DNA of 64,000 bases, taken from positions 17,325 to 81,324 of the forward strand of contig CAXHJY010000427.1 of the NCBI GenBank assembly GCA_964016885.1. Reading direction: 5' to 3'. The position numbers and the translations under genes were made by a program. This DNA is from Eledone cirrhosa. Lineage: Eukaryota. Of this stretch, positions 31,371 to 45,712 are shown piece after piece (position 1 is the stretch's first letter; each line of letters starts with the position of its first letter). The notes below the pieces were generated by a model. It saw nothing but the letters and a program-made list of their open reading frames with translations, did not search any database and was not told where the DNA came from.

Positions 31371-31558
31371 TTTATTAAAATAACAGATTAAAGTTTAAGC
31401 AAAGAAGATCCCGTTAAGGGTGAAAGCAGCGATTCTTTACTTAAACTTTAATCTGTTATTTTAATAAATATTTGCTCTACGGTTCTTATATATTTGATAT
31501 ATATTTATCCTTATCGAGCCCTCTTTGGATTTAGTCTTCAAATTTATTAGTATTACTA
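31371..31558. mobile_element. Family D fold-back element (fragments at 6645-6687, 17015-17102, 22368-22466, 57948-58086)
   Basis: Shared GAAGACTAAAATCCAAAGAGGGCTCGATAAGGATAAATATATATCAAAT tail; 36-bp inverted arms around GAAGA-TCCC(GTTA)AGGGT-GAAA-GCAGCGAT-TC; in (TA)n. Confidence 0.65.
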
Positions 31559-31769
31559 TATATATATATATATATATACACGTGTGTGTGTGAGTATTAT
31601 CATTATCTGTTCACGTTCGTACTACATTTATCGACACCGGAAGGATGAAGGGCAAAATTGTCCTCGGTGTGTTTGAAGTCAGAACCGTAAAGAACAGGAA
31701 TACTTAAGCATTTTCGCCGACGTTCTAATTATTCTGACAACCGACCACCGTCTGAAACCTGTAAAATAA

Positions 31770-31985
31770 TGGTTTCTTATATAGGCACAAGGCCAGTAAT
31801 TTGGGTGAAGGGAAAATCGATTAAATCGACCCCAGTGCGTGACTGGTACTTTATTTTATCGACCCCCGTAAGGATGAAAAGCAAAGTTAACCTAGGCGGG
31901 ATTTGACCTCAGATCATAAAGGGCCATAACTCTATGCTGCAAAGCATGGCATCCGACTCTCTACCGATATTGCCAATCCACCGCC
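31770..31985 (-). mobile_element. SINE, same family (older relative at ~31600-31750)
   Basis: Reverse complement of the 7719 SINE head and body. Confidence 0.75.
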
Positions 31986-32038
31986 CTGGAAACCTGTAAA
32001 TTAATTTTTATAAAAAGCTTATGTAAAGGTAACCTTAC

Positions 32039-32270
32039 CTGCTGAGACCAACAGTGGTCCAGGTTCTAATGGCATCTGGAACTGGGCAGCACCGAGTACG
32101 AACAACTCCCGCCAGCCTTCTTCAAGAAGAAGAAACTGGTCTAAAGACGGTAGACTAAAAAAGGCCGGAATACTTTTCACCCATTTCACACTCATAAATA
32201 GCAGCCGAGCCGCCGTTTCACAAATAGCTTCTGGGTTGCTGAAGTACGTTTGCATAAGTTCATGTGGATA
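32039..32270 (-). CDS. NR2E1: NR2E1/tailless exon, LBD helices 3-5
   Basis: [64 protein letters not shown]...VSA; cag acceptor, GTAAG donor, 232 nt (phase 0 to 1). Confidence 0.95.
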
Positions 32271-32289
32271 CTGAAAGGAAAATAATGAT

Positions 32290-32846
32290 AATAATAATTG
32301 TTTCTACTTTTGGCACAAGGCCAGCAATTATCCCAGTGCATTACTGGTACTTTATTTCATCGGCCCCATAAGGATGAAAGGCAAAGTTAACCTCGGCGGG
32401 ATTTGAACTCAGATCATGATAATAATAATTGTTTCTACTTTAGGCACAAGGCCAGCAATAACCCAGTGCCTTACTGGTACTTTATTTTATCGCACCCGTA
32501 AGGATGAAAGGCAAAGTCAACCTCGGCGGGACTTGAACTCAGATCGTAAAGGGACGTAACTATGCTAGAAAGCATGGCGTCCATGATTTCATTTCTTGGC
32601 CTCAAGGGCCGACATATAGGGGACAATACAAAGACAGTGTGGGGTTTACAATAAGCTCGAGTAAAAGTGCACAATGGTAAAACTAATTTAACAATGAAAA
32701 TATAAAGATATAAAATAAACTAATAACAAATAATAATTGTTTCTACTTTTGGCACAAAGCCAGCAAATAAACCAGTGTATTACTGGTACTTTATTTTATC
32801 GACCCCGTAAGGATGAAAGGCAAAGTTAACCTCGGCGAGATTTGAA
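32290..32846 (-). mobile_element. Cluster of three 5'-truncated SINE copies (another at 58203-58301)
   Basis: AATAATTGTTTCTACTTT.GGCACAAGGCCAGCAA...GGATGAAAGGCAAAGT.AACCTCGGCG repeated at ~32293, ~32423 and ~32732. Confidence 0.8.
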
Positions 32847-33564
32847 CGTTGTTATTGTTGTTATTGTTGTGATTGTTGTTGTTGCTGCTGTTGTTATTGT
32901 TGTTGTTATTGTGGTTGTTATTGTTGTTGCTGTTGTTATTGTTGTTGTTATAGTAGTCGTTGTCGTGGTTGTAGATGTCGTTGTTGTTGTTGTCGTTGTT
33001 GTCGATGTCGTTATTGTTGTTGTTGTCATTGTTTGTTGCTGTTGTTGTTGTTGTTGTTGTTGTTGTCGTTGTTGTTGTTGTTATAGTCGTAGTTGTGGTT
33101 GTTGTAGATGCCGTTATTGTTGTTGTTAATGCCACCGCCGCCGACGTCTATTGTATGTAGTATAAGCTGTTGTATGAATGGTGACTAATACGGTGGATCA
33201 CTTCAGATCGTGTGAGCGGCGTTTGACCACAACAGCCGCCGCAACAAACGGCACCATCTTAAGATGACCGCCCCATAACCCTAACACAAACCACTCAGCT
33301 CCATCCTTCTTGTTACATCTCTCTCTCTCAACGTTACTCTGTTTCCAGATCTCTCCCCCTCTCTCTCTATCTCTTTCTCTATCTCTCTCTCTCACTCACG
33401 CTGTCCCCGCCTCTCTCTCTCTCTCTCGCTGTCTCTCTCATTATGTCTCCCTCACTCTCTCTCTTCTCTCTCTCTCACTCTGACTTCGTCTCACTCTCAC
33501 TCTCACCCTGTCTCTCTATCTCACTCTCTCTCTTTCACTTTGTCTCCGCCTCTCTCTCTCTCTC

Positions 33565-33623
<59 letters not shown>

Positions 33624-33743
33624 CACTCACTCCCGCTGTCCCCGCCTCTCTCTCTCTCTCGCTGTCTCTATCATTCTGTCTCCGTCTCTCTCTCTCTTTC
33701 TCTCTCTCTCTGACTCCGTCTCTCTCTCTCTCTCTCAGACTCC

Positions 33744-33823
<80 letters not shown>

Positions 33824-34419
33824 CTCTCACTTTGTCTCCGTCTCTCTCTCTCTCTCCCTCCCTGTAACTCCTCCTACTAGTCATACTCACAAACATCACA
33901 CAAACGGAAGATATATAGAAAAGTGAAAGTAGATAATATATACACATATACACATATACATATATACATACATTACATACACACATTACATACACACACA
34001 TTACATACACTACACACACACACACACACACTACACACACACACACACAACTCGACACACACGCAACAGGAAAAACAAACCTTGAGTGATGATAATGATG
34101 ATGATGATAATGATAATGATAATGATGATGATGATGATGATGATAATGGTGATGATGATGATGATGACGACGATCACGATGCTGATAACGATGACAGACA
34201 GACATGCGTATATATTTACATATTTACATATTTATAGCAGTGGTGTTGGGTCCTGGTTTAAGCGGAAGATGTGATAAATAGTTAATTAAAAGTAAGGATA
34301 TTTATACTTTAGAAAGAAACAACACCAACTACAACAACAACAACAACAGTATATATAACATATTCTAAGGGACTACTGAATAACAAATCAGATAAGGGGT
34401 GCCTATGTATGCATTATAC

Positions 34420-34497
<78 letters not shown>

Positions 34498-34498
34498 C

Positions 34499-34567
<69 letters not shown>

Positions 34568-34664
34568 TATATGTATATATATGTATATATATGTGTGTAT
34601 ATATATATATTTATATATATATATATGCGTATATATATATACAGACATATATATAATATATATA

Positions 34665-34790
<126 letters not shown>

Positions 34791-34817
34791 GGAGAAAGTA
34801 TGACCACAACTCCTTGG

Positions 34818-34956
<139 letters not shown>

Positions 34957-35145
34957 AACAGAAGGGATATTCAATTTGTTGGTAATTCAACAAATATAAA
35001 TATCCTTGGTTATGTCAAAATTTATAAAACACACTTCGTCTTTTATCTGATGAGAGCGTACCAAAATGTTGGTACCCTTGAATAATATATAATAGAATAA
35101 ATATGGTTTTATAAATATAGTTTCCATTTATTTAATATCATTGTA
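34957..35145 (+). mobile_element. Family A Penelope-like fragment with degenerate hammerhead
   Basis: Homologous to 2653-2698 plus 2885-3024; CTGATGA at 35047 but GAAT instead of GAAA; flanked by (TA)n. Confidence 0.7.
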
Positions 35146-35494
35146 TATATATATATATAGTTTTAATATCGATGTTGTATTTTATCACAGCAATCAACGG
35201 ATTATGGCGTAATCGAGCTGAAGCATTCCACCTCAGCTGCATCTATCTAAGTAAGATTTGGTGTCAGATAGAACGGTGTTCATTGCTAGATCAAAGGTCA
35301 TGGTGAAGGCCTCTATGATCAGATGCATTCCAGCTGTTACAATCCTGTCTTTTTTTCGGTTTATATCTAGTACCCAATTACCCAATATACCGTTCACGCG
35401 TTTAATACTATGCTATATGATTTGAGGGAGATTTGGTAGCTATTACTAGCCGATGAAGTGACGACATAAGAGTCCCATGTTTTTGTTGACATAC

Positions 35495-35718
35495 CTTAGG
35501 GGTTGGTTGGCATATAATTCCATTGGTTACTTGGGGTGACTCGACGGCGCTCACAGTAATTCCATCGTTCATGTGTTCGAATGGTACTAATGCTGGTAAG
35601 AATTGATTTCGGAATGGGTTGGATGGTAATGAAGAGGCTAATTCACTGGTTTCTTTCAAATACATCGCCACCTGGCGTCGAATCGTCGAGTTACGTGGCC
35701 CTCGCTCATGTTGGACAG
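35495..35718 (-). CDS. NR2E1: NR2E1/tailless internal exon (T-box/hinge)
   Basis: Reads (A)VQHERGPRNSTIRRQVAMYLKE...QPTPK. AVQHERGPR is the NR2E T-box and QPTPK|YPHE matches vertebrate NR2E1. Acceptor tag at 35721-35719, donor GTATGT after 35495; phases 1 and 0 fit the next exon. Confidence 0.93.
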
Positions 35719-35863
35719 CTACGAAACAGAAAAAAGACAAACAAAATATGTTTAGTTTGAATCAACAAATATACATGTAAATTGTTATATATATTATAAA
35801 AACCCACAGAAATGGAAAAATTCTCTGCTGTTTGTACACAAAAGCTGAAAAGGCTTTGTATCT

Positions 35864-35900
<37 letters not shown>

Positions 35901-35908
<8 letters not shown>

Positions 35909-36188
35909 ATAGTTCACTTGAAGCATTGTGTAATGAGGTATAAACGTTTGCATATGTATAATAAAGCCAAAACAATGCAGGTATGGACATAGAATAAAGA
36001 ATGCAAATGCAAAAGATATTGTTGTCAATTAGTCTTTTACCTTAGATTAAATAAATCTAAGGTAAAAGACTAATTGTCAACAATATCTTTTGCATTTGCA
36101 TTCTTTATTCTATGTCCATACCTGCATTGTTTTGGCTTTATTATACATATACAAACGTTTATACCTCATTACACAATGCTTCAAGTGA

Positions 36189-36200
<12 letters not shown>
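35901..36200. repeat. Near-perfect ~300-bp palindrome in (TA)n
   Basis: ~147-bp arms with about 2 mismatches around a 5-nt loop at 36049-36053. Confidence 0.92.
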
Positions 36201-36232
<32 letters not shown>

Positions 36233-38283
36233 GTGCATATGTGGAAAAGTAAGTGGAAAACAACATAGCAAAACAATACAGTACATTGTTGAAATATATT
36301 AGTTTAACGTTTGATATATTAGTAAAAAGAATCCACACTACCACCAAACCATAAAACCACACCACACTGCAGGACCACATTAAAGACCACACCATACTAC
36401 AGAGAAAACCACAACTAACCCACAGGACAAGCTACACCACAAACCACAACTCCACTCCACTATACCACAGCACACCACAGCACAAACCACACCACACCAC
36501 CACATCACAGACAACACCACAAACCACAGCAATTATTCCAACTGTCAAACAATCAAACAAAGCTACATTTATCAGAAGCTCTATAAATCTTGATGTTGTT
36601 GTTATTGTTGTTGTTGTTGTTGTTATTGTTGTTGTTGTTGTTGCTCGTGTTGTTGTTGTTGTTGTTGTTGTTATTGTTGTTGTTTTTGTTGTCATTGTTG
36701 TTGTTATTGTTGTTGTTGCTGCTGTCCTTAGTTGAGAAACGTGCAACTCGTATGCATTTATCTTCATCTTTTGCACATGGCACATCAAGACCATTTCTCA
36801 CTCCCCACTATCATTACCACCACCACCACTACTACTACCACCACTACCACCACTACCACCACCACTATCATTACCACATCACCCCCACCAATACTACTAC
36901 CATCACCACCACCAAGACCATCAACACCACTATCATTACCACATCACCTCCACCACTACCACCACCAGCACCACCACTATCATTACCACATCACCTCCAC
37001 CACTACTATTACCACCAATACCATCATCACCATAACACAACCACCACCACCACCATCATCACTCCACCACCAACAACAACAACAACAATAGCAATAATAT
37101 CAACACCATCACAGCCACCACAACACCACACCACACCATACTATACCACACTACACAACACCACACCACACCACACTACACCACACCACACTACACCATA
37201 CCACACAACACCACACAACACCACACCACATCACACCACACCACACTACACTATACAACACCACACCACACTACACCACATCACACCACACCACACCATA
37301 CCATACCACACCACACTACACCACACAACACCACTCTACACCACACCACACCCTACCTCACCACACAACACCCCACCTCACCACACCAAACCTAAACTTT
37401 CTACATGTCGTTGATCGAGGAGTTTTTCTCAGTAGTATAGACACACGTTACAAACGCCATCACTAACTTCCGCTTACGTGACGTCATACAATCGCCATGC
37501 TTCGTCACTACCGGACAACCATTTTGTTTCGCCTTATTCCACTTCTTTCATTCTCATTTATTTATTTATATAATTATTCATTTGTTTATATATTCATTTG
37601 TTTAATTATTTTTTCTTTAATTATTTGTTTAATTATTTATTTATTTATTTATATATTTATATATTTATTTAATTATTTGTTTATTTATTTAATTATTTAT
37701 TTATTTTTGTCATTCGCTCTGTATTATTATTCTTATGTTTGTATATATTCGTCTTGTCTTCTTATGTCTATGTTGTTGTTGCTGCTGTTCACGTTGTTGC
37801 AATTTTTATTGTTGTTGGTGTTATTTCTGTTGTTGTTGTTGCTGTTTTTGTTGCTGCTGTTGGTTTTATTGTTATTGTTATTGTTGTTGCTGTTGGTCAC
37901 GTTGTTGCTTTTGTTATTGTTGCTGCTGCTATTGTTGGTGTTGTTGTTGCTGCTGTTTTTGTTGCTGCTGTTGGTGTTATTGTTATTGTTGTTGTTGCTG
38001 GTGTTATTTCTGTTGTTGTTGCTGCTGGTTTTGTTACTGCTGCTGCTGCTGTTGTTGTTTCTGCTGTTTTTGTTGCTGTTGTTGCTTCCGCTGTTAGTTT
38101 TATTTCTGTTGTTGTTGTTGGTTTAGTTTCTCTATTTGCTATTCCTTCTCTGCAGTAGAATGTTCTAGCTATTGTTGTTGCGGTCTTCGACAATTTCCGT
38201 CGTTGACAAATACCATTGTCTCAAAATGACCATTTCCTTTCTCGACTTACTTTTGAAACATCCCACCTCATTACTCTCTTTCC

Positions 38284-38376
<93 letters not shown>

Positions 38377-38972
38377 CGTGTATATATATTTATATATGTG
38401 TGTGTACTATCTGTCTATCTATCTATAGCATAGTTCTGTTACTATTTCAATATCGTTATCAACATGATAATGATGATGATAATGATAATGATGATGATAA
38501 TGATGACGATGGTGAAAATTATAATGATGATGATGATGACGACGATAATGATGATGATGATGATGATGATGATAAAGACAACTCTAAACCAATGCTCCAG
38601 TGAATCTATTGTCTACCATTTCCCCTTCTTTCCTCTTTTCATCTCTCTCCACTTAAATATACTATTTCTTTTCCCGACAACCCCCCTCTCTCTTTCACTT
38701 CCTCTCCCTTTCTCTCCCAATATCTTTCTCTCCCCCTCTCTTTCACTTCCTCTCTCTTTCTCCCCTTTCTCCTCCTTTCTATTTTCTCCCTCTCTCTTTC
38801 TCTCCACCCCCCCCCCCTTCCTCACCCTTTCTCTCCCTCTCTCTTTCTTCCACCCCTCGCTAATACTGTTCAGGTTAGCTTTGCCTTTCGTCCCAACTTA
38901 CATATCTATCTATCTACCTATCTATCTACCTATCTATCTACCTATCTATCTATCTACCTATCTATCTACCTA

Positions 38973-40917
38973 TTGGATCAATCTAAGGCGTTCGATAGGG
39001 TCGACCATGGTTACCTGGATGCGGTGCTAGCGGCGGCAGGCTTCGGACCCGTTTTCAGGGGCTGGATCACTGCTATGCACAGCAGCCGCATCTGCTCTAG
39101 GGTCAAGGTGAACGGCTACCTCTCGGAGCCGTTCAAAATCGCGCGGTCCATCCGACAAGGGTGCCCTCTCTCCTCCCTTCTGTATGTGTTGACTCTCGAG
39201 CCACTACTGCGGAAGTTGGAGTTGTTGCAGGGCATCCCTTTGGAACCGGGATTGCGGAAAGCGGTGTCGGCCTACGCCGATGACGTGACAGTAATGGTGT
39301 CGACGGCCTCCGAAATCGAGGCGGTCGGCACCTTACTGGAGGAGTACGAAAAGTTCACAGGGGCTAAGCTGAACCGGGACAAGTCGATCGGTTTGCAACT
39401 CGGCACGTGGAGGGGCAGACCGATGCCCTCCGATGGCGTCGTCGGACGCTGGACGGAGGGCTCGGTGAAGTTGCTCGGGGTCTGGTTCGGACCGGACCTC
39501 CAGGTGGAGAAAAACTGGGCGGAGGTTACGAACAGGGTGTTTGCACTGACCCAGAAGTGGGCCAGTTGCAAACTATCCCTGAAAGGTCGGGCGGAGGTGG
39601 CGAACACCTACATAGCGTCCGTCATCTACTACCGCCTGACCGTAGTGCCCTGCCCAAGGGAAACCCTCACCAAGATGGAGCGCGCGCTCTTCCAATTCCT
39701 TTGGAAGAGGCGGGCTCCTATGGTGAGGAGATCCATCTGCTGTCATACCCTTCGAAAGGAGGGCTGGGGATGCCGTGGCTAATGATGCGTAAACACGCAT
39801 TAAGGCTACGGCACCTCTACGTATTCCTCACCGGACAACCGGTGTGGGCCTCGTTTGTGAGACGAACCTTTCCCAGACTCGTCTCACTCACCGAGCTGCA
39901 ATCCTGGGTCAAGCAAAGACCGAGAAAACTGGGCGACTGGCACACTGAGTGTGCCCAGGCGCTCACCGCCCTCTGGCAGGCGGATCCGGTTATCAGTGGA
40001 GACTCCACCGCAACATTCTATAGAGGGCTGGTACGCAGCAGGTGCGACGACGCCCTCGGAGAAGCCCTAGACATGGAGGAGGACGAACTGGCCAGCCTGT
40101 TCGGTAGGACATTCAGCCCGGGACCTATGGACAACTTCCAGAAGTCCCTGGCCTGGCAGTGCTACCGAGGGACTTTACCCGTTCGAGAAAGGCTCTACAG
40201 ACACGGGCGCCCGGGTAGGGACCCCGCCAAAAAGATCTGTCCCAGATGCGTGTGCGACGAGGAAACCGTTGCACACGCATTGGTACACTGCTCGGGCGTA
40301 GCCGATCTGTGGGGCTATGTCGAACAACTGCTGTCAAGGGTGGGACCGATCCGGTTGACCACCGAGTCTATTGTAATGATCAAGCCGCCTCCCCCCTTCA
40401 AAGATGAAGCAGAGGCGGTGTTTCTGTGCGTAATAGCCATGGCGAAAGAGATTGTATGGTGGACGCGTCTGAAAGGACTGAGGTCAGGCACCTTTCTCTC
40501 TGGCCAACAACTGGTCCGTTTCTTCCGTTATCATTTCGGAAGAAGGATCAGGATGGAGAGAGAGGTGCTGCACCCCAGCCGTTTCTATGAAAGATGGGTG
40601 AAAGTGGCGAGAATGGCCCGTGTGAATGGGCCTTCACTCTACATCAGACTATAGGTGAGGAAGATGAAAGACCAAGGGAGCACCCCTTCTCTGTGCTCCT
40701 GAGGAGAAGGGTTGCACACTTTTTTCGGGGGTGTGTGCGACCCCCCCAAGGCGCCTCCTCTCTATTGAGGATTTTGTTATAAATTTTATTTTTTGTTATA
40801 TCTTATTTTATTTTTATATTTTGTTATTGCCTCCTCCTTATTGAGGACGCCTTTTTGTGTAAACTCCCCCCTTTGTACTTGTCCCACTTTTGATGCCCTA
40901 GTGGCAAATAAAAGAAA
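38973..40917 (+). mobile_element. 5'-truncated copy of the same Tx1-like LINE (RT to 3' end), one frameshift
   Basis: Near-identical to the reverse complement of 47620-49563; a 1-nt deletion near 39747 splits ORF2; (TATC)n on both sides. Confidence 0.93.
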
Positions 40918-41017
40918 CATATCTATCTACCTATCTATCTATATACCTATCTATCTATATACCTATCTATCTATCTATCAATCTATCTATCAATCTATCT
41001 ACCTATCTATCTACCTA

Positions 41018-41809
41018 AGCCCGGGACCCATGGATAACTTCCAGAGGTCCCTGGCCTGGCAATGCTACAGAAGGGCTCTGCCCGTTCGAGAAAGGCTCTA
41101 CAGACACGGGCGCCCGGGTAGGGACCCATCGAAAAAGATCTGTCTCAGATGCGTGTGCGACGAGGAAACCGTTGCACACGCATTGGTACACTGCTCGGGC
41201 GTAGCCGATCTGTGAGGCTATGTCGAACAACTGCTGTCAAGGGTGGGACCGATCCGGTTGACCACCGAGTCTATTGTAACGATCAAGCCGCCTCCCCTCT
41301 TCAAAAACTAAGGAGAGGCGGTGTTTCTGTGCGTAATAGCCATGGCGAAAGAGGTTGTATGGTGGACGCGTCTGAAAGGACTGAGGCCAGACACCTTTCT
41401 CTCTGGCCAACAACTGGTCCGTTTCTTCCGATATCATTTCGGAAGAAGGATCAGGATGGAGAGAGAGGTGCTGCACCCCAGCCGTTTCTATGAAAGATGG
41501 CGAGAATGGCCCGTGTAAATGGGCCTTCACTCTACATCAGACTATAGGTGAGGAAGATGAAAGACCAAGGGAGCACCCCTTCTCTGTGCTCCTGAGGAGA
41601 AGGGTTGCACACTTTTTTCGGGGGGGGTGTGCGACCCCCCAAGGCGCCTCCTCTCTATTGAGGATTTTGTTATAAATTTTATTTTTGTTATATTTTATTT
41701 TATTTTTATATATTGTTATTGCCTCCTCCTTATTGAGGACGCCTTGTTTTGTAAACTCCCCCCATTGTACTTGTCCCACTTTTGATGCCCTGGTGGCAAA
41801 TAAAAGAAA
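41018..41809 (+). mobile_element. 5'-truncated, degenerate Tx1-like copy
   Basis: SPGPMDNFQ... through the 3' UTR to AATAAAAGAAA; contains stops and a small deletion; flanked by (TATC)n. Confidence 0.9.
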
Positions 41810-41844
41810 CATATCTATCTACCTATCTACCTATCTATCTGATT

Positions 41845-42220
41845 CTTTTTTTCAAATACCACTTTGGAAGAAGAATCAGGATGGAGAGAGAGGTGCTGTA
41901 CCCCAGCAAGTTTTATGAAAGGTGGGTGAAAGTGGCGAGAATGGCCCGAGTGAATGGGTCTTCTCTCTATATCAGCCTGTAGGTTGAGGAAAAGGAGGAG
42001 GAGAGGAAAGGAGTACAAACTCTTCGTACTCCTGGAGATGAGGGTTGCACATTTTTTTCGGGGGTATGTGTTACCCATATAAACTGTCTCCCCCTATTGG
42101 GGAAAAGCGACTAATTTTTTAAATTGCATTTGTGATAACATTTTACACGTTTTTATTATATGTAAACTTCCCCCTTTGTATTTGTCCCCTTCTTTTGTGC
42201 CCCTGTGGCTAATAAAGAAA
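41845..42220 (+). mobile_element. 3' fragment of a diverged Tx1-like subfamily
   Basis: FFKYHFGRRIRMEREVLYPSKFYERWVKVARMARVNGSSLYISL* with a diverged 3' UTR ending AATAAAGAAA, then (TATC)n. Confidence 0.85.
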
Positions 42221-42243
42221 TATATCTATCTACCTATCTATCT

Positions 42244-42567
42244 ATGGGTGAAAGTGGCGAGAATGGCCCGTGTGAATGGGCCTTCACTCTACATCAGACT
42301 ATAGGTGAGGAAGATGAAAGACCAAGGGAGCACCCTCTCTCTGTGCTCCTGAGGAGAAGGGTTGCACACTTTTTTTCGGAGGTGTGTGCGACCCCCCAAG
42401 GCGCCTCCTCTCTATTGAGGATTTTGTTATAAATTTTATCTTGTTATATTTTATTTTATTTTTATATTTTGTTATTGCCTCCTCCTTATTGAGGACGCCT
42501 TGTTATGTAAACTCCCCCCATTGTACTTGTCCCACTTTTTGATGCCCTGGTGGCAAATAAAAAGAAA
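42244..42567 (+). mobile_element. 3' terminal fragment of the Tx1-like LINE
   Basis: Matches 40593-40917; flanked by TATC/TACC repeats. Confidence 0.88.
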
Positions 42568-43525
42568 GTTATCTATCTATATGTCTGACTATCTATCTGT
42601 CTATTTATCTACCTCCCCATCTATCTATCAGCCTATCTTTCTATATATCTATCCAACTACCTACCCACCTATCTACTCACGAATCTACCTATCTACCTAC
42701 CAACCTACCAGCCTACCTACCTATCTACCAACCCACCTACCTACCTACCTACCTACCTACCTACCTACCTACCTACCTACCTACCTACCTACCTATCTAC
42801 CTACCTATCTACCTACCCACCTACCTACCAGCCTACCTACCCACCTACCTACCTACCTACCTACCTACCTACCTACCTACCTACCTACCTACCTACCTAC
42901 CCACCTACCTACCAGCCTACCAACCCATCTACACGTCAACCCAATCTATCACCCTTCCAAAATACATACATACCTACCCGAAACCTTAACCCTTTAAACA
43001 CCAAACCCTTTAACTGTCAAGATGTGCCTATATCAAGTACACCCAGCCACTCCACCAAAATAAGCAGGCTTTAGGGATCCGGTTGTATTATAATAATACC
43101 TGGGCTATTCACAGCCTAGGTGTACGTAAATATATGGGAGTGAACCCTTATTTCTATTTATTAACAGTTTTATTTATACAGGGCGACGGGGAAGGGCATA
43201 CATACGACCAACAGGAATGAGCTTCCACCTGGTTACTCGTACTGCTTGAAACAGCAGCCAAATCCTCCATACATCTCATCAATACTGACATTACTGTATT
43301 TAACAAACTGAAGGAAGCATTGGCAAAGGATTCTTAGCCAGCGTTAACATTAAATGGTTGTATATGATATGTGAATGCGTGTGTGTGCGCGTGTGTATGT
43401 GTGTATATATATATATGTATGTAAATGTATTTTCAGTGTGGTCTACCCTTGGTGGTATATATATGTATGTATATGTATATGTATATGTATATATATATGT
43501 ATGTATATGTATATATATGTGTATC

Positions 43526-43640
<115 letters not shown>

Positions 43641-43818
43641 ATGTATATATAATATTATTTCATACGAATGAAACAGATCTAGTCCTGTAGAAGCCATTTA
43701 TATATTATATTTAGATGTTTTCACTCGACTAGTGTATTGAGTACCTTATTTACTGTGATTACCCCCGCTCTAGCTCGAAATCTATACACACACACACATA
43801 TACACACATGTATACATT

Positions 43819-43926
<108 letters not shown>

Positions 43927-44313
43927 CACACATATTTATAGATATGTGTGTGTTATGTGTGTATAAAAGAAAGTGAAGGAGGGGGCGGGGGGCGGGGGTA
44001 AGTGTGAAACATACGATCAAGAAAAAACGTTCAAAACGTAAATGTAGAAAGTGGGTGTGGTGGTCATGGTAACAACAGAGGCCGGTGGTGGGTGGGGAGA
44101 GAGGGCAGGGCCCTTGGCTATAGTAACAAGAGAGGCTGGGTGGGAGAGTGAGGGTAGGGCCCTTTAGAAAATATCTCCCCCAACAACAAATCAACCGGAT
44201 GTGCATTGATGTAAAGTTACATTCATTCCAGATTGTTTGCTGTTGTTCCTGTGTAGAACTGGGTTAGTAGATCCTGCATGGCAAAATAGTAAGGGTTTCC
44301 CTTCGCAATCATT

Positions 44314-44975
44314 AGATCCCAGATTCGGTCTTTGTTTAAGTCCCGTGTTCGGTCTTTGGTTAAGTCCCAGGTTCGGTCCTTGGTTAAGTCCCGTGTTCGG
44401 TCTTTGGTTAGGTCCCAGATTCGGTCCTTGGTTAAGTCCCGTGTTCGGTCCTCGGTTAGGTCCCAGGTTCGGTCCTTGGTTAGGTCCCGTGTTCGGTCTT
44501 TGGTTAGGTCCCGTGTTCGGTCCTTGGTTAAGTCCCGTGTTCGGTCTTTGGTTAGGTCCCAGGTTCGGTCCTTGGTTAAGTCCCGAGTTCGGTCTTTGGT
44601 TAGGTCCCAGGTTCGGTCCTTGGTTAAGTCCAGTGTTCGGTCTTTGGTTAGGTCCCAGGTTCGGTCCTTGGTTAAGTCCCGTGTTCGGTCTTTGGTTAGG
44701 TCCCGTGTTCGGTCCTTGGTTAAGTCCCGTGTTCGGTCTTTGGTTAGGTCCCAGGTTCGGTCCTTGGTTAAGTCCCGTGTTCGGTCCTTGGTTAGGTCCC
44801 GTGTTCGGTCCTCGGTTAGGTCCCAGGTTCGGTCCTTAGTTAAGTGCTTTTTTTTGTCCTGGGTGGGTTAGGTTCCGTGTTCTGTCCTGCTTAGGTCCAG
44901 GGTTCGGTCTTAGGTTAAGTCCCGTGTTCGGTCCTCGGTTAGGTCCCATGTTCGGTCCTCAGTTAGGCCCCGGGT
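44314..44975. repeat. 24-bp GC-rich minisatellite, about 27 units
   Basis: Unit GGTCYTTGGTTARGTCCC(GT/AG)GTTC, degenerate at both ends. Confidence 0.95.
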
Positions 44976-45009
44976 TATTTCACCACTGTGTGGAATCTTG
45001 GGAAACTGT

Positions 45010-45292
45010 GTCATTTATAATAGCCTCGAGTCGACCCATGATTTGTAAGTGAAATTGGGTAGGCGGAAACTGTTTGGAAGCCCGTCAAGTGAACGGTTTC
45101 TGTAATTCAAAAAAAAGAAAAAACAAAAACAGCCAGCCTTGTCACAGATTGTGTCACGCCGAATCTCCCTGAGGGTTACATTAATACTACATGTGTCTGT
45201 GAAATACTCAGCCACATACATGTTAATTTCTCGAGCAAGCTGTTTCGTTGAACGAACAACTGGAACATTCATCGTCGAAACTAACGGAGGCC
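45010..45292 (-). mobile_element. Second SINE-like interspersed repeat (older copy ~5660-5860)
   Basis: Both share (minus strand) ACAG..T.CTCG.GAAATTAA...GGAGATT..CGTGACACAAT.T.TG.CAA.GCT. Confidence 0.5.
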
Positions 45293-45669
45293 CATTCCTA
45301 GAACTAGAACTAAGTTAACGAATGTAACAACCAATGTAACAATGGACAGATGCTGTCCATCAACACCAGGTGATATCCATCTTAACTGTTCTACCTTTGG
45401 TATCCAGTTCTGTTCCATTCTGACTACGCAACCCTATCCACATGAGCCGCCGGTGCTATATTCTTTTAAGAACCACTACACTATTGTAACCGGATTTACT
45501 GTACAGCTCCCTCCTGAGACTTTTTACACCCAGAGTTGGACCAGTAAATGTTCCAGATTTTCTTCATGCATCCATTGTGTAAAGTATTGAAGGTTCTTTA
45601 TACCAGCGCTTTAGATTATTGCAATTATTGCTTTATGCCAGCGCTTTAGATTATTGCAATCACTATGAA

Positions 45670-45712
<43 letters not shown>

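Noticed and set aside
44237-44871. ORFs with PRFGPWLS and RS-rich repeats; array superficially like CRISPR or a neuropeptide precursor
   Set aside because: A 24-bp minisatellite open by chance; no unique spacers, cas genes, signal peptide or dibasic cleavage sites.
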